Of a stretch of 64,000 nucleotides of DNA, positions 34,226 to 44,454 are shown in pieces. The position numbers and the translations under genes were made by a program. The notes beneath the pieces are model-generated. The model ran no database searches. It was not told the DNA's origin and saw nothing but the letters and a program-made list of their open reading frames with translations. Every line of letters starts with the position of its first letter. Within the stretch, counting starts at the first letter, position 1. Source of the DNA: Flavobacteriales bacterium (GTDB lineage Bacteria; Bacteroidota; Bacteroidia; Flavobacteriales; UBA1820); assembly GCA_017620815.1 (NCBI GenBank), contig JAGAUI010000010.1, positions 1,944 through 65,943 of the forward strand, read 5' to 3'.

Positions 34226-35215
34226 TTATACTATTCCCTCTCGTATAAGGTCGTGAATATGTATCACTCCCACATATTTTCCGTCTTCTCCTACCACCAG
34301 CAGGTTATTTATATCATACTTCTGGAGTATTTCCACCGCATCAAATGCCAACACCGATGCCGATACGACCTTTGGAGTGCGAGTCATAATATCACACGCT
34401 TTAAGAGCAAATATATCTTCTTCTCCTATTTTTTCCAACGTACGGCGTATATCTCCATCTGTTATCACACCACATATATTGTCATTTTCATCTACCACAG
34501 CTGTAACACCTAGACGTTTGGAAGATATCTGTCCTATGACAGCCTTCAACGGAGTATCTGGGCTTACTCGTGGGCGTTCGTTCTGGGATATAACGTCGCT
34601 CACTCTCATATATAAACGTTTACCCAATGCTCCTCCGGGATGGAATCGTGCAAAATCCTCGGTACGGAATCCTTTGGCTAGTTGTAGTGCTACGGCTAGT
34701 GCATCACCCATTACCATTTGTGTGGTAGTAGATGATGTAGGAGCTAGATTATTGGGACATACTTCGCGGTCCACATACACGTTAAGCACACAGTCTGCAC
34801 CACGAGCCATATATGAATCCACATTACCCGTCATAGCTATCACTGGGTTTGGCATAGCACGCAATATAGGCACTAGAGATTTTATTTCGGGAGTGTTGCC
34901 GCTTTTGGATATCATGATGATAACATCATCTGGGCATATCATTCCTAGGTCCCCGTGCATAGCATCGGCCGTATGCATAAAAGCCGATGGAGTACCAGTA
35001 GAATTAAGAGTGGCAACTATCTTTTGTGCCACCAATGCACTTTTACCTATACCAGTTATTACCACCCTTCCCTTGCTATTGAGTATGTATCCAATCGCTT
35101 TTTGGAAGTTTTCATCTAGCAAAGTGGCCATATTTTGCACCTGTTGAGCCTCCTTAACCATCACATCCTGAGCGACTTGTATAAAATTCATAAAATTTAT
35201 GTTTTTATTTTTCAT
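34226..35215 (-). CDS. kpsF: arabinose-5-phosphate isomerase (KpsF/GutQ family; SIS + tandem CBS)
   Basis: 'GRVVITGIGKSALVAQKIVATLNSTGTPSAFMH', 'ISKSGNTPE' and two C-terminal CBS domains. The start is uncertain: I chose the ATG at 35215, and 35191 and 35272 are alternatives. Confidence 0.88.
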   Translation of the reverse strand: MKNKNINFMNFIQVAQDVMVKEAQQVQNMATLLDENFQKAIGYILNSKGRVVITGIGKSALVAQKIVATLNSTGTPSAFMHTADAMHGDLGMICPDDVIIMISKSGNTPEIKSLVPILRAMPNPVIAMTGNVDSYMARGADCVLNVYVDREVCPNNLAPTSSTTTQMVMGDALAVALQLAKGFRTEDFARFHPGGALGKRLYMRVSDVISQNERPRVSPDTPLKAVIGQISSKRLGVTAVVDENDNICGVITDGDIRRTLEKIGEEDIFALKACDIMTRTPKVVSASVLAFDAVEILQKYDINNLLVVGEDGKYVGVIHIHDLIREGIV

Positions 35216-35316
35216 TTTAACTTGTTTTTTCAGATATATATCCATACCTTTATTCTCGACAAAAATAATCATTTTTAATATAATATAAAGCTAACTCTTT
35301 CATAAAATAAAATCTT

Positions 35317-37506
35317 ATGAAGAATGCCAATAACTATCTAGAAACACAGCTGAAAAAATTATTCGGCTTTGACTCATTCAAAGGAACACAAAAACAAGTA
35401 ATTGAGTCCCTTATGAGTGGGCAGAATACTTTTGTCATCATGCCCACAGGTGGAGGAAAATCCCTCACCTACCAGCTTCCAGCTCTCCTTTCAGAGGGTA
35501 CAGCCATAATTATTTCACCCCTTATAGCTCTTATGAAAAACCAAGTAGATGCCATAAGAGGTATATCTACTGCCGAAGGTGTAGCCCATGTGCTTAACTC
35601 TTCGCTGTCAAAAGTAGAGGTAGAACAGGTGAAAGCCGATATTTCTTCGGGACTTACCAAGATGCTCTATGTAGCACCAGAATCCCTCACCAAGGACGAA
35701 TACATAGACTTCCTGCACACAGTACCTATCTCATTCTGTGCCATAGACGAGGCTCATTGTATATCTGAATGGGGACACGACTTCCGTCCAGAATACCGCA
35801 ACATACGCGGCATCATAGACCGTATTGCAGACATTCCCATCATAGCACTCACTGCTACTGCTACGCCAAAGGTTCAAGAGGACATACAGAAAAACTTGGG
35901 TATGACAGATGCCAAAGTATTCAAATCCTCGTTTAACCGTCCAAATCTATACTATGAAGTACGTCCCAAAGTAGATGTAGAAAAAGAAATCATAAAATTC
36001 ATAAAATCACGTCCACGTCAGAGTGGTATTATTTACTGTCTGTCTCGTAAAAAAGTAGAGGAGTTATCGGAAATGCTCAATCTTAACGGCATTTCGGCAC
36101 TGCCATACCACGCTGGACTAGATGCTAAGACCCGCTCCAAAAACCAAGACGCCTTCCTGATGGAGGAAGTAGATGTGATAGTAGCTACCATAGCATTTGG
36201 TATGGGGATAGATAAACCAGACGTGAGATTTGTGATACACCACGACATTCCCAAGAGTCTGGAGAGCTATTATCAAGAGACAGGACGTGCTGGTCGCGAT
36301 GGCGGCGAAGGTCATTGTCTGGCGTTCTACTGCTATAAAGACATAGAAAAACTGGAAAAATTCCTAGTAGGTAAACCTATATCTGAACAGGAGATAGGAG
36401 CTGCTCTGCTACAAGACGTAGTATCCTATGCCGAGACTTCTATGTCCCGCCGCAAATACCTACTACACTATTTCGGAGAGGATTTTGACGAGGTAAATGG
36501 CGAGGGAGCTGGCATGGACGACAACAGCCGTCACCCAAAGGAAAAACACGAAGCCGCAAAAGAACTCAAATCCCTTATCAATGTAGTAGATAAGACATCA
36601 CAGACTTTCCGCATCAAGGAGATAACCAATATCCTAGTGGGTCGTGTATCATCGGCGGTGAAAGGATTGAGAGTGGACAGTAAGGATTTCTTTGGCTGTG
36701 GCAGTTCTCACGATGACAAATACTGGGTTGCTCTTTTCCGTCAAGCATTGGTACAAGGCTACTTACGCAAGGAAATAGAACAGTATGGTGTAATCAAAAT
36801 CACAGAAAAAGGCTATGATTTCCTAGAAAAAGGAAAATCCTTTATGATGAGCGAAGACCACGACTATGAGACCATGGAGGACGAGCTCAACAGCCGTTCA
36901 CGACAAAGCGGCGTGGCAGACGAAGCTCTACTAGAACACTTGCGTGCGTTGCGTAAAAAAGAAGCCCGTCGTTTAGGAATACCCCCATATGCTATATTCC
37001 AAGACGCTTCACTGGAAGACATGGCATTGCGTTATCCTATCACTCTGGACGAGATGAAGACTATATTTGGCGTGGGTGAAGGCAAAGCCAAAAAATATGG
37101 TACTCCTTTCATCAAGTTCATAGCCACATATGTAGAGGAAAACGACATCATACGTCCAGATGACCTAGTGGTGCGTTCCATAGCCAATAAATCTGGTCTT
37201 AAAGTACACATAATCCAGAACACCGACCGTAAAATTCCTCTTGAGGACATAGCCGTAGCCAAAGGTCTGGAAATGGACGAACTCATATCTGAAATAGAAT
37301 CCATAGTGTATTCGGGAACCAAGATTAACATAGACTACTACATAAACGACATTCTAGACGAAGACCAGCAAGACGAAATCAAAGACTACTTCATGAATGC
37401 CGAAAAAGACACCATTCGCGATGCAATGGAGGAATTTGGTGGGGACTATGAGGAAGAAGAATTACGTCTTATGCGTATAAAATTCATAAGTGATGTAGCC
37501 AACTAA
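35317..37506 (+). CDS. recQ: ATP-dependent DNA helicase RecQ
   Basis: 729 aa. 'FGFDSFKGTQKQVIES', 'MPTGGGKSLTYQLPAL', 'DEAHCISEWGHDFRPEY', 'IAFGMGIDKPDVRFVIH', 'YYQETGRAGRDG' and a C-terminal HRDC are present. Confidence 0.95.
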   Translation: MKNANNYLETQLKKLFGFDSFKGTQKQVIESLMSGQNTFVIMPTGGGKSLTYQLPALLSEGTAIIISPLIALMKNQVDAIRGISTAEGVAHVLNSSLSKVEVEQVKADISSGLTKMLYVAPESLTKDEYIDFLHTVPISFCAIDEAHCISEWGHDFRPEYRNIRGIIDRIADIPIIALTATATPKVQEDIQKNLGMTDAKVFKSSFNRPNLYYEVRPKVDVEKEIIKFIKSRPRQSGIIYCLSRKKVEELSEMLNLNGISALPYHAGLDAKTRSKNQDAFLMEEVDVIVATIAFGMGIDKPDVRFVIHHDIPKSLESYYQETGRAGRDGGEGHCLAFYCYKDIEKLEKFLVGKPISEQEIGAALLQDVVSYAETSMSRRKYLLHYFGEDFDEVNGEGAGMDDNSRHPKEKHEAAKELKSLINVVDKTSQTFRIKEITNILVGRVSSAVKGLRVDSKDFFGCGSSHDDKYWVALFRQALVQGYLRKEIEQYGVIKITEKGYDFLEKGKSFMMSEDHDYETMEDELNSRSRQSGVADEALLEHLRALRKKEARRLGIPPYAIFQDASLEDMALRYPITLDEMKTIFGVGEGKAKKYGTPFIKFIATYVEENDIIRPDDLVVRSIANKSGLKVHIIQNTDRKIPLEDIAVAKGLEMDELISEIESIVYSGTKINIDYYINDILDEDQQDEIKDYFMNAEKDTIRDAMEEFGGDYEEEELRLMRIKFISDVAN

Positions 37507-37519
37507 CGCCCTTAAAGTC

Positions 37520-38068
37520 ATGAAAATCTATACCAAAACAGGAGACAAAGGAACGACTTCACTTGTAGGTGGTACTCGTATAGGGAAAGACGACATACGT
37601 CTGGAATCATATGGTACGGTGGATGAACTTAATTCCTATATGGGACTATTGTATGACAGCATAGATGATGACACTCTACGCTCACAGATAGACACCATAC
37701 AATGCACTTTATTTAATCTAGGCAGCCAATTGGCATCACTACCTAGCGATATAGAAAAATACCACATCCCTATCATCAAGGAGGAAGACATCACGATGAT
37801 AGAAAATGCGATAGATTCTATGCAGGAAAAGCTCCCACAGTTGCGACTATTTGTACTTCCGGGAGGTCATAAAGGGAACAGCATAGCACACGTGTGCCGT
37901 TCTATATGTCGCCGCAGCGAACGCCGTGTCATCTCACTACAAAACTCTGGTGGGGAAGGACTGGAACTAGCAGTCAAATACCTCAACCGTCTATCTGACT
38001 ACCTTTTCACCGTAGCCAGATACATCAGTGTGAAAAACAATGTAGAGGAACGCACGTGGAAACCCTAG
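37520..38068 (+). CDS. PduO-type ATP:cob(I)alamin adenosyltransferase
   Basis: 182 aa. 'MKIYTKTGDKGTTSLVGG...YGTVDELNS' and 'FVLPGG' are typical of the family. Confidence 0.85.
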   Translation: MKIYTKTGDKGTTSLVGGTRIGKDDIRLESYGTVDELNSYMGLLYDSIDDDTLRSQIDTIQCTLFNLGSQLASLPSDIEKYHIPIIKEEDITMIENAIDSMQEKLPQLRLFVLPGGHKGNSIAHVCRSICRRSERRVISLQNSGGEGLELAVKYLNRLSDYLFTVARYISVKNNVEERTWKP

Positions 38069-38087
38069 CATGAAAACACATATATAG

Positions 38088-38118
38088 ACGCCCTTTTTTA
38101 AGAAAGGGCGTTTTTTTT
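38088..38118 (+). terminator. intrinsic terminator
   Basis: A 9-bp stem, ACGCCCTTT/AAAGGGCGT, followed by T8. Confidence 0.75.
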
Positions 38119-38209
38119 GGTGGTATCATCACATCTATATGGATAATAAACCCTATCTTTGCAGACTGACACATTATCATGATAAACATATCAATACCAC
38201 AATAGTACG

Positions 38210-39769
38210 ATGGCAAAAAACGAAGATTTGTTCAAAAAAGTAGTATCTCACGCAAAAGAATACGGTTTTATTTTCCCTTCTAGCGAGATTTATGACGGGC
38301 TAGGAGCTGTATATGATTACGGACCATACGGTAGCCTTATGAAAAATAACATCAAGGAATACTGGTGGAAATCCATGGTACAGATGCACGAAAACATAGT
38401 AGGCATAGATGCAGCTATATTTATGCACCCTACCACATGGAAAGCATCTGGACACGTTGACGCATTTAACGACCCTCTTATAGATAACAAAGACACAAAA
38501 CGTCGCTATCGTGCCGATGTCCTTTTGGAAGACTATGTAGCCAAAATGGAAGACAAAGTCCAGAAAGACATTCAGAAAGCCCGCAAACGTTTTGGCGAAG
38601 CATTTGATGAGGAGAAATTTGTTACCACTACTCCACACATAGTAGAGAACCGTGCCCGTCAAGCTGCTATTATGAAACGTATGGCAGCTTCGCTAGATGC
38701 CAATGACCTAGCCGACGTCAAAGCCCTCATAGAAGAACTAGAAATAGCCGACCCAGATACAGGCAGCCGCAACTGGACAGAAGTACGCCAGTTCAACCTT
38801 ATGTTTGGCACCAAACTAGGTAGCGTTGCCGATGGCAGTACAGACCTATACCTACGCCCAGAAACAGCACAAGGTATATTTGTAAACTTCCTCAACGTAC
38901 AGAAGAGTGCCCGCATGAAACTTCCATTCGGTATAGCACAGATAGGTAAGGCTGTCCGCAATGAGATAGTAGCACGTCAGTTTATATTCCGTATGCGTGA
39001 ATTTGAACAGATGGAGATGCAGTTCTTCATACGTCCAAACACAGAACTAGGAGAGAATGGTTGGTTTGACAAATGGCGTAAGACTCGTCTTAAATGGCAC
39101 CTTAATCTGGGAATGGGAGAGGAAAACTACCGCTACCACGACCACGATAAACTCGCCCACTATGCCAATGCCGCTACAGACATCGAGTTCCGTTTCCCAT
39201 TTGGATTTAAGGAACTAGAAGGCATACATTCTCGTACAGATTTTGACCTTTCGGCACACGAGAAATTCTCTGGCAAAAAAATCCAGTATTTTGACCCAGA
39301 AACCAACCAGAGCTACACTCCATATGTGGTAGAAACTTCAATAGGTCTGGACCGTATGTTCCTAGCTGTGTTCTCACATTCGCTAGTAGATGAACAGCTT
39401 CCAGATGGAACGGTGCGTACAGTATTACGCCTACCTGCTATACTAGCCCCCGTCAAGGTTGCCGTACTTCCACTCCTTAAAAAGGACGGCCTACCAGAAA
39501 AGGCTCACGAGATAGTGCGTATGCTTAAATACGACTTCAATACGGTATATGATGAAAAAGACGCCATAGGTCGCCGTTATCGTCGTCAGGATGTGATAGG
39601 TACTCCTATATGTGTTACCGTTGACCACGAGACACTTGAGGATGGTTGTGTTACTATACGTCATCGCGACAGTATGGAACAGGAACGCGTATCTATAGAA
39701 TCATTGCGTGATATCATAGCTCGCGAAGTAGATATGCGTTATGCACTAGCACGCCTAGAAGAAGAATAA
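38210..39769 (+). CDS. glyQS: glycine--tRNA ligase (homodimeric alpha2 type)
   Basis: 519 aa. 'FPSSEIYDGLGAVYDYGPYG', 'YLRPETAQGIF', 'GKAVRNEI..RQFIFRMREFEQMEMQFF' and 'PYVVETSIGLDR' are GlyRS signatures. Confidence 0.95.
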   Translation: MAKNEDLFKKVVSHAKEYGFIFPSSEIYDGLGAVYDYGPYGSLMKNNIKEYWWKSMVQMHENIVGIDAAIFMHPTTWKASGHVDAFNDPLIDNKDTKRRYRADVLLEDYVAKMEDKVQKDIQKARKRFGEAFDEEKFVTTTPHIVENRARQAAIMKRMAASLDANDLADVKALIEELEIADPDTGSRNWTEVRQFNLMFGTKLGSVADGSTDLYLRPETAQGIFVNFLNVQKSARMKLPFGIAQIGKAVRNEIVARQFIFRMREFEQMEMQFFIRPNTELGENGWFDKWRKTRLKWHLNLGMGEENYRYHDHDKLAHYANAATDIEFRFPFGFKELEGIHSRTDFDLSAHEKFSGKKIQYFDPETNQSYTPYVVETSIGLDRMFLAVFSHSLVDEQLPDGTVRTVLRLPAILAPVKVAVLPLLKKDGLPEKAHEIVRMLKYDFNTVYDEKDAIGRRYRRQDVIGTPICVTVDHETLEDGCVTIRHRDSMEQERVSIESLRDIIAREVDMRYALARLEEE

Positions 39770-39782
39770 TACATTAGGTCAT

Positions 39783-40328
39783 ATGAGAAAAGGCAAAAGC
39801 TTTACCCATAGGATATATACCATGATAGCAATGGCAGTTTTTTCACTGCTGATGGTATCTTGTGGTATATATTCGTTTTCGGGAGTGTCCATATCTCCAT
39901 CTGTCAAGACGATACAGGTAGATGTATTCCCAAACAATGCTCCGCTGGTAAACCCTACACTTAGCAGCTACTTTACCAACGAACTACAAGACATGTACTC
40001 CTCCCGCACATCACTTATGATGGTAAAAAATAACGGAGACCTTGTAGTAGAAGGAGAGATAACCCGCTATGACCAGACATCGGTAGCACCGGTTATAGAC
40101 CCTACCACAGGTAAAGCCACTGCCGCCAAAGTACGTCTTACCATAGGTGTGAAGGTACGTTTCTACAACAACAAAGACGAAGAGCAGAATTTTGAACGTA
40201 CATACACCAATTTTGCCGACCTAGACGCCAACACCACACTAAGCGGTGGCCAAGAGCAAGGTCTGGTAGAAGAGATAGTGGAACTTATCATCAACCAGAT
40301 ATTTACCGATACTGTCGCCCAATGGTAA
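39783..40328 (+). CDS. LptE-like lipoprotein
   Basis: The lipobox is 'LMVSCG'. Its size and position upstream of secG are typical of Bacteroidetes LptE-family annotations. Sequence support is weak. Confidence 0.45.
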   Translation: MRKGKSFTHRIYTMIAMAVFSLLMVSCGIYSFSGVSISPSVKTIQVDVFPNNAPLVNPTLSSYFTNELQDMYSSRTSLMMVKNNGDLVVEGEITRYDQTSVAPVIDPTTGKATAAKVRLTIGVKVRFYNNKDEEQNFERTYTNFADLDANTTLSGGQEQGLVEEIVELIINQIFTDTVAQW

Positions 40329-40384
40329 AAAGAACTACGGGCAGGAGTTAACAAGAGCAGAATAATAGATAGAAGTAAAGTAGT

Positions 40385-41011
40385 ATGGATAAAGGGCTAT
40401 ACATGCGTTATATGATACACCCAGAACTCCTCTCGGCAGAAGAGAGTGAGGCACTACGTGGTGTTATAGAACGCTATCCTTATTGTCATACGGCTCATAT
40501 GCTACTGCTTAAATCCATGCACAACTCACAGGACTTTTCATATCCTAGTCAGTTATCACATTCTGCACTTGTAATTCCAGACCGTACGGCATTATTTGAG
40601 CTTATAAATCGTATAGATATCCAGAACGTAGCATACCAAGGCAGCGAACCACAAGTAGATTCGCCTCTTGAATCACCCAAAGACCTCACTCAATGGGTAG
40701 CCGACCAGCGTGGAGATAACTCTTCGCAAGAAGACATATCTACCGATGAGCTTATAGACCGCTTTATACAGACTGCCCCTCGTATAAAACCCGCCGAAGA
40801 AGTAGATGAAGTCCCAGATGCCGAAACCTATGACGTTCCACAACAGGCCATTATGACCGAAACTTTGGCTCGCATATACCTTTCTCAGAAAAAATATGAC
40901 CATGCTATAGAAGCTTATAGCATTTTAATGTTGAAAAATCCGAAAAAAAGTAGTTTCTTTGCACTTCGAATCGAAGAGATTAAAGAACTGAAGAAAAAAA
41001 CTAAAATATAA
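40385..41011 (+). CDS. hypothetical protein with C-terminal TPR-like helix pair
   Basis: 208 aa with 'LARIYLSQKKYDHAIEAYSILMLKNP'. It is a conserved neighbour of secG. Confidence 0.5.
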   Translation: MDKGLYMRYMIHPELLSAEESEALRGVIERYPYCHTAHMLLLKSMHNSQDFSYPSQLSHSALVIPDRTALFELINRIDIQNVAYQGSEPQVDSPLESPKDLTQWVADQRGDNSSQEDISTDELIDRFIQTAPRIKPAEEVDEVPDAETYDVPQQAIMTETLARIYLSQKKYDHAIEAYSILMLKNPKKSSFFALRIEEIKELKKKTKI

Positions 41012-41016
41012 ACGAT

Positions 41017-41376
41017 ATGACATTTACATTTTTTGCTGTGATTATCAGCATAGTATGTTTCTTTCTAGTGGTTATCATCATGGTACAGAACCCTAAAGGT
41101 GGTGGTCTATCATCTACATTTGGAGGTTCGCAACAGATGATAGGTAGCGTGAGAAAAACCAACGAATTCCTAGACAAAGCTACTTGGACACTAGCAAGTG
41201 CGATAGCTGTTCTAGCTATTCTTTCTACCATCACTCTTAAAACAAATGCATCGGCTTCTTATGATGACCTAGACATGATGGAACCTGCTGTTCCTCTAGT
41301 TGACCCTGCTGCTGTTCCTACTCCAGTAGAGACCGTTCCTACTGCCGAAGTTCCTGCAGAACCCACCCAAGAGTAA
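41017..41376 (+). CDS. secG: preprotein translocase subunit SecG
   Basis: 119 aa with two TM segments and 'MVQNPKGGGLSSTFGG', the SecG hallmark. Confidence 0.85.
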   Translation: MTFTFFAVIISIVCFFLVVIIMVQNPKGGGLSSTFGGSQQMIGSVRKTNEFLDKATWTLASAIAVLAILSTITLKTNASASYDDLDMMEPAVPLVDPAAVPTPVETVPTAEVPAEPTQE

Positions 41377-41401
41377 GAAAGACAACGAGAAAAATAAAAA
41401 G

Positions 41402-41429
41402 AGCTATTCCACAAGGGATAGCTTTTTTT
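41402..41429 (+). terminator. intrinsic terminator after secG
   Basis: Stem AGCTATTCC/GGGATAGCT (one G-U pair) with loop ACAA, followed by T7. Confidence 0.7.
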
Positions 41430-41569
41430 GTAGGCTGTAATTATTTTAAAGTGAATAAAAAATTTTTCTATTTTCTGTAACCTTTTGTTCTTATCTTGCG
41501 TCTAATGTAGTGAAAGCATTTGATGCTCTCTACCCTTGATTGAATGTATAACATAAAAAAGATATAAAA

Positions 41570-42115
41570 ATGACAGAAGAAGAAGTATTTATAATAGCAT
41601 TGGGAGGCTTAGTAGTAGGATTGGTCGTATTACTTACCATACCTATTATCATTTTCTTGATAGTCAAAAAAATCCTCAATGATCGCCACAAGGAACGTCT
41701 GGCTATGATAGAGCGTGGATTTATCATGTCTCAATCCCGTCCACAGGAAAGAGCAGACAACCCACACACGATGGATAACCCACAGGCCTCTATGACACAA
41801 ATGCCATATACCGCTACTCCATCACCTAGACCCCGTGCCGAAGACTCTACCATCAAATGGATGTATATCATAGGCGGTATAGCCGCAGGTCTTGTAATAT
41901 CATCTATCGTGGTGGACTGGATAAACTATTACACTGTGATGGACACAGGAGGCATCGGTTTTTCCATAGTTGTACTATGTGCATGTGCTGGACTGTACAT
42001 ATATCATCGTCGTCGTGCTGCCCAAGTCAAAAGAGAAGAAAAAACATATTATAATTCTTCAAACCAAGCAGCAGAAGAAAGAAAACAGCCAAAGGACACC
42101 TATACCGAAGACTAA
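41570..42115 (+). CDS. membrane protein (hypothetical), upstream of ECF sigma
   Basis: 181 aa with an N-terminal TM segment, a polar linker and 2-3 C-terminal TM segments. Confidence 0.55.
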   Translation: MTEEEVFIIALGGLVVGLVVLLTIPIIIFLIVKKILNDRHKERLAMIERGFIMSQSRPQERADNPHTMDNPQASMTQMPYTATPSPRPRAEDSTIKWMYIIGGIAAGLVISSIVVDWINYYTVMDTGGIGFSIVVLCACAGLYIYHRRRAAQVKREEKTYYNSSNQAAEERKQPKDTYTED

Positions 42116-42139
42116 TACCTTCCCCTACACCTAGCGGCG

Positions 42140-42715
42140 ATGATAGACGATAACGCTCTTATAGACAGAATTAAAAAAGGCGATGGCCGTTGCTTTGCTT
42201 CTCTGGTAGAGAAGTATAAGGATATGGTATTTGCCATGTCTATGCGTATAGTCCACAACCGCGAGGACGCCGAAGACCTCACACAAGAGATATTTGTCAA
42301 GGTGTACATGGGTTTGCCCAGTTTTAAGGGAGAGTGCAAATTCTCCACTTGGCTATTCCGCATAGCCTATAACCAAGCTGTTGCACTTAAACGAGAACTA
42401 CAATTACAGACCACTCCCATAGAGGATTACACGGCATTTGATGAGCAAGGCTATGCTCCCACGATAAATGCTATGGAGCATATAAACTCACAGGATAGAA
42501 AGAAGTACATACAGATGGCTCTCGACAGAATGAAAGAAAAAGAAGCCCTCATACTCACACTATTTTATCTCAACGAACATAGTGTCGCAGAAATTGCCGA
42601 TATTTGCAACGTGAGTATAGCAAATGTAAAAGTACTCCTTCACCGTGCCCGCACACACATGGGAGATATTCTCACACAGATACTAGATAAAGAAACCATT
42701 GCAAGCCTCACATAA
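42140..42715 (+). CDS. ECF-type RNA polymerase sigma-70 family factor
   Basis: 191 aa. Region 2 reads 'DAEDLTQEIFVKVY...FSTWLFRIAYN' and region 4 reads 'LNEHSVAEIADICNVSIANVKVLLHRAR'. Confidence 0.9.
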   Translation: MIDDNALIDRIKKGDGRCFASLVEKYKDMVFAMSMRIVHNREDAEDLTQEIFVKVYMGLPSFKGECKFSTWLFRIAYNQAVALKRELQLQTTPIEDYTAFDEQGYAPTINAMEHINSQDRKKYIQMALDRMKEKEALILTLFYLNEHSVAEIADICNVSIANVKVLLHRARTHMGDILTQILDKETIASLT

Positions 42716-42719
42716 AATT

Positions 42720-43115
42720 ATGGAAAAGAAAAAATTCACATTTGATAGTATGATGCGTGAAGCATTAGGCGGGATGGGGACATCTCTATCCTTTACCCGC
42801 CGTCTAATGGTACGCATAGAGACAGAAATAGAGATGCAACGCATAGCTCGCATAGAACGCATTATACGTATATCAGGCATTACTGTAGGGATTATAACAC
42901 TACTTATAGTCGGACTTGCTCTAGGTATGACCTATGATATAATACCAGCCATAACCATAGGAGGTGAAAACATATGGACAGAACACTTAAATGCTCTTAT
43001 CATCTCTATAAAAGAAGCTTACATTCCAAAATACATAGTAGGAGCCTTTACACTGATACTCGCTATAGTAGCATTCACAGCTCTAGACAAAATCCTTAAA
43101 AGAGAATACAGCTAG
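42720..43115 (+). CDS. candidate membrane anti-sigma factor
   Basis: It starts at the ATG at 42720, 5 nt after the sigma factor stop. It has 2 TM segments. The call rests on position only. Confidence 0.45.
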   Translation: MEKKKFTFDSMMREALGGMGTSLSFTRRLMVRIETEIEMQRIARIERIIRISGITVGIITLLIVGLALGMTYDIIPAITIGGENIWTEHLNALIISIKEAYIPKYIVGAFTLILAIVAFTALDKILKREYS

Positions 43116-43143
43116 AGAAATCAATATGAACCCATATCAAAAA

Positions 43144-43164
43144 GCGGCACCCTGCGGGTGCCGC
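43144..43164. terminator. bidirectional terminator (GCGGCACCC-TGC-GGGTGCCGC)
   Basis: The 21-mer is identical to 25109..25129. It lies between convergent genes and is flanked by AAA and TTTTT. Confidence 0.75.
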
Positions 43165-43194
43165 TTTTTGATATGGTTGCCGAGTCCATTTTTA

Positions 43195-44040
43195 TCATTT
43201 GCAGGCTCTCACCATACGGTCTTTTCCATTTATATCACGACGCAATGACACATCTCTATATCCCATATCTTTTAACATCTCCACCGTCTGTTTACCATAT
43301 GCTTCGTTTATCTCAAAATACAGGCACCCTCCCTCATTGAGATGGGTTGTTGCGTAAAGAGCTATCTTACTATAAAAAAGAAGAGGCTTATCATCTGGTA
43401 CATATAGAGCGATAGAGGGTTCGTTAAGTGTTACATTGGAATGCATAGAGTCGCGTTCACTCTCTAGCACATAAGGAGGATTGGATACTATGATATCATA
43501 TTTTCCTGTTTGTGTCCACTTTTCTTCATCTAGGATATCCATACATATGAACTTAACACTGGCAGAAAGATTTTGAGCATTGGACATAGCCACCTGTATC
43601 GCATCACTGGAAACATCCATACCCTCCACTCTCCAATTTTTTCTTTCACATGAAAGGCTCACACATATAGCCCCACTACCTACACCTATATCCAGTACAT
43701 TTTTTTTAGTCTCATCATCGTGTTCACATAGTATCCACTCTACCAACTCTTCGGTCTCTCCTCTAGGTATAAGCACACGATTATCTACATTAAACATTCT
43801 CCCATAGAAATATGCTTTGCCTGTAACATACTGCACAGGGATGGATTTTTTTAATTCCTCCAGTGCCGCCAATAGTTTTTCTGCATCACTATCCTCTATG
43901 CTATCCCTTACCGCTAGTTGACTTCTAGAAACAGAACAAATGTCCTCGGCACATATGTAAAATATACTCACAGCCTCTCTCTCATCATAGAGAGAAGACA
44001 ATGTGGAGATATAAAGGTCCTTGATATGTTTTATGAGCAT
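43195..44040 (-). CDS. prmC: peptide chain release factor N5-glutamine methyltransferase
   Basis: 281 aa. 'PVQYVTGKAYFYG..F.V...VLIPRGETEELV', 'DIGVGSGAI' and 'IVSNPPYV' (NPPY) are present. Confidence 0.85.
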   Translation of the reverse strand: MLIKHIKDLYISTLSSLYDEREAVSIFYICAEDICSVSRSQLAVRDSIEDSDAEKLLAALEELKKSIPVQYVTGKAYFYGRMFNVDNRVLIPRGETEELVEWILCEHDDETKKNVLDIGVGSGAICVSLSCERKNWRVEGMDVSSDAIQVAMSNAQNLSASVKFICMDILDEEKWTQTGKYDIIVSNPPYVLESERDSMHSNVTLNEPSIALYVPDDKPLLFYSKIALYATTHLNEGGCLYFEINEAYGKQTVEMLKDMGYRDVSLRRDINGKDRMVRACK

Positions 44041-44076
44041 ATAATGTATGATTTGCTATAACTAGGCAAATATACA

Positions 44077-44445
44077 TCAATTTTCTCGGTTTTTCCATGT
44101 GAATGTGCCCTTTGCTGTGGTTACCATACGTTGGGCATATATAAAAGCATACACCTTCATAGTATCAAAATCATACACAGTTATAACATGCAAATCTCTC
44201 TTTTGGTCTGAAAAGCCCAGCAGCAGTCTTCTACGAGACACCCGTTTTATAAAATAACGATGAGTGTAATGATTGCTATTTCCGTTTGAAGAAATGCTAT
44301 GTACATGCAGAATGTCTCCACTTACAAATTCTATCACACTGGTAAAGCCTTTGAGTAGCCCATCGCTGAAGTTCTGGCTAACTATGCTATATAGAAGCTC
44401 TTCGGTAGAATGTGGAGCTTGGTGTTTGGGATTGGTATTTTTCAT
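44077..44445 (-). CDS. hypothetical protein
   Basis: A 122-aa ORF 9 nt downstream of the preceding gene, with no motif. Confidence 0.45.
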   Translation of the reverse strand: MKNTNPKHQAPHSTEELLYSIVSQNFSDGLLKGFTSVIEFVSGDILHVHSISSNGNSNHYTHRYFIKRVSRRRLLLGFSDQKRDLHVITVYDFDTMKVYAFIYAQRMVTTAKGTFTWKNREN

Positions 44446-44454
44446 AGTCTTGGT

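Noticed and set aside
34377-35147. 256-aa plus-strand ORF inside kpsF, with similar long antisense ORFs at 32734..33297, 46915..47349, 48093..48566, 9833..10335, 3845..4156 and 63472..63912
   Set aside because: All of these lie antisense to genes with strong motif support. They are rich in Ser/Arg/Pro/Thr and have no motifs.
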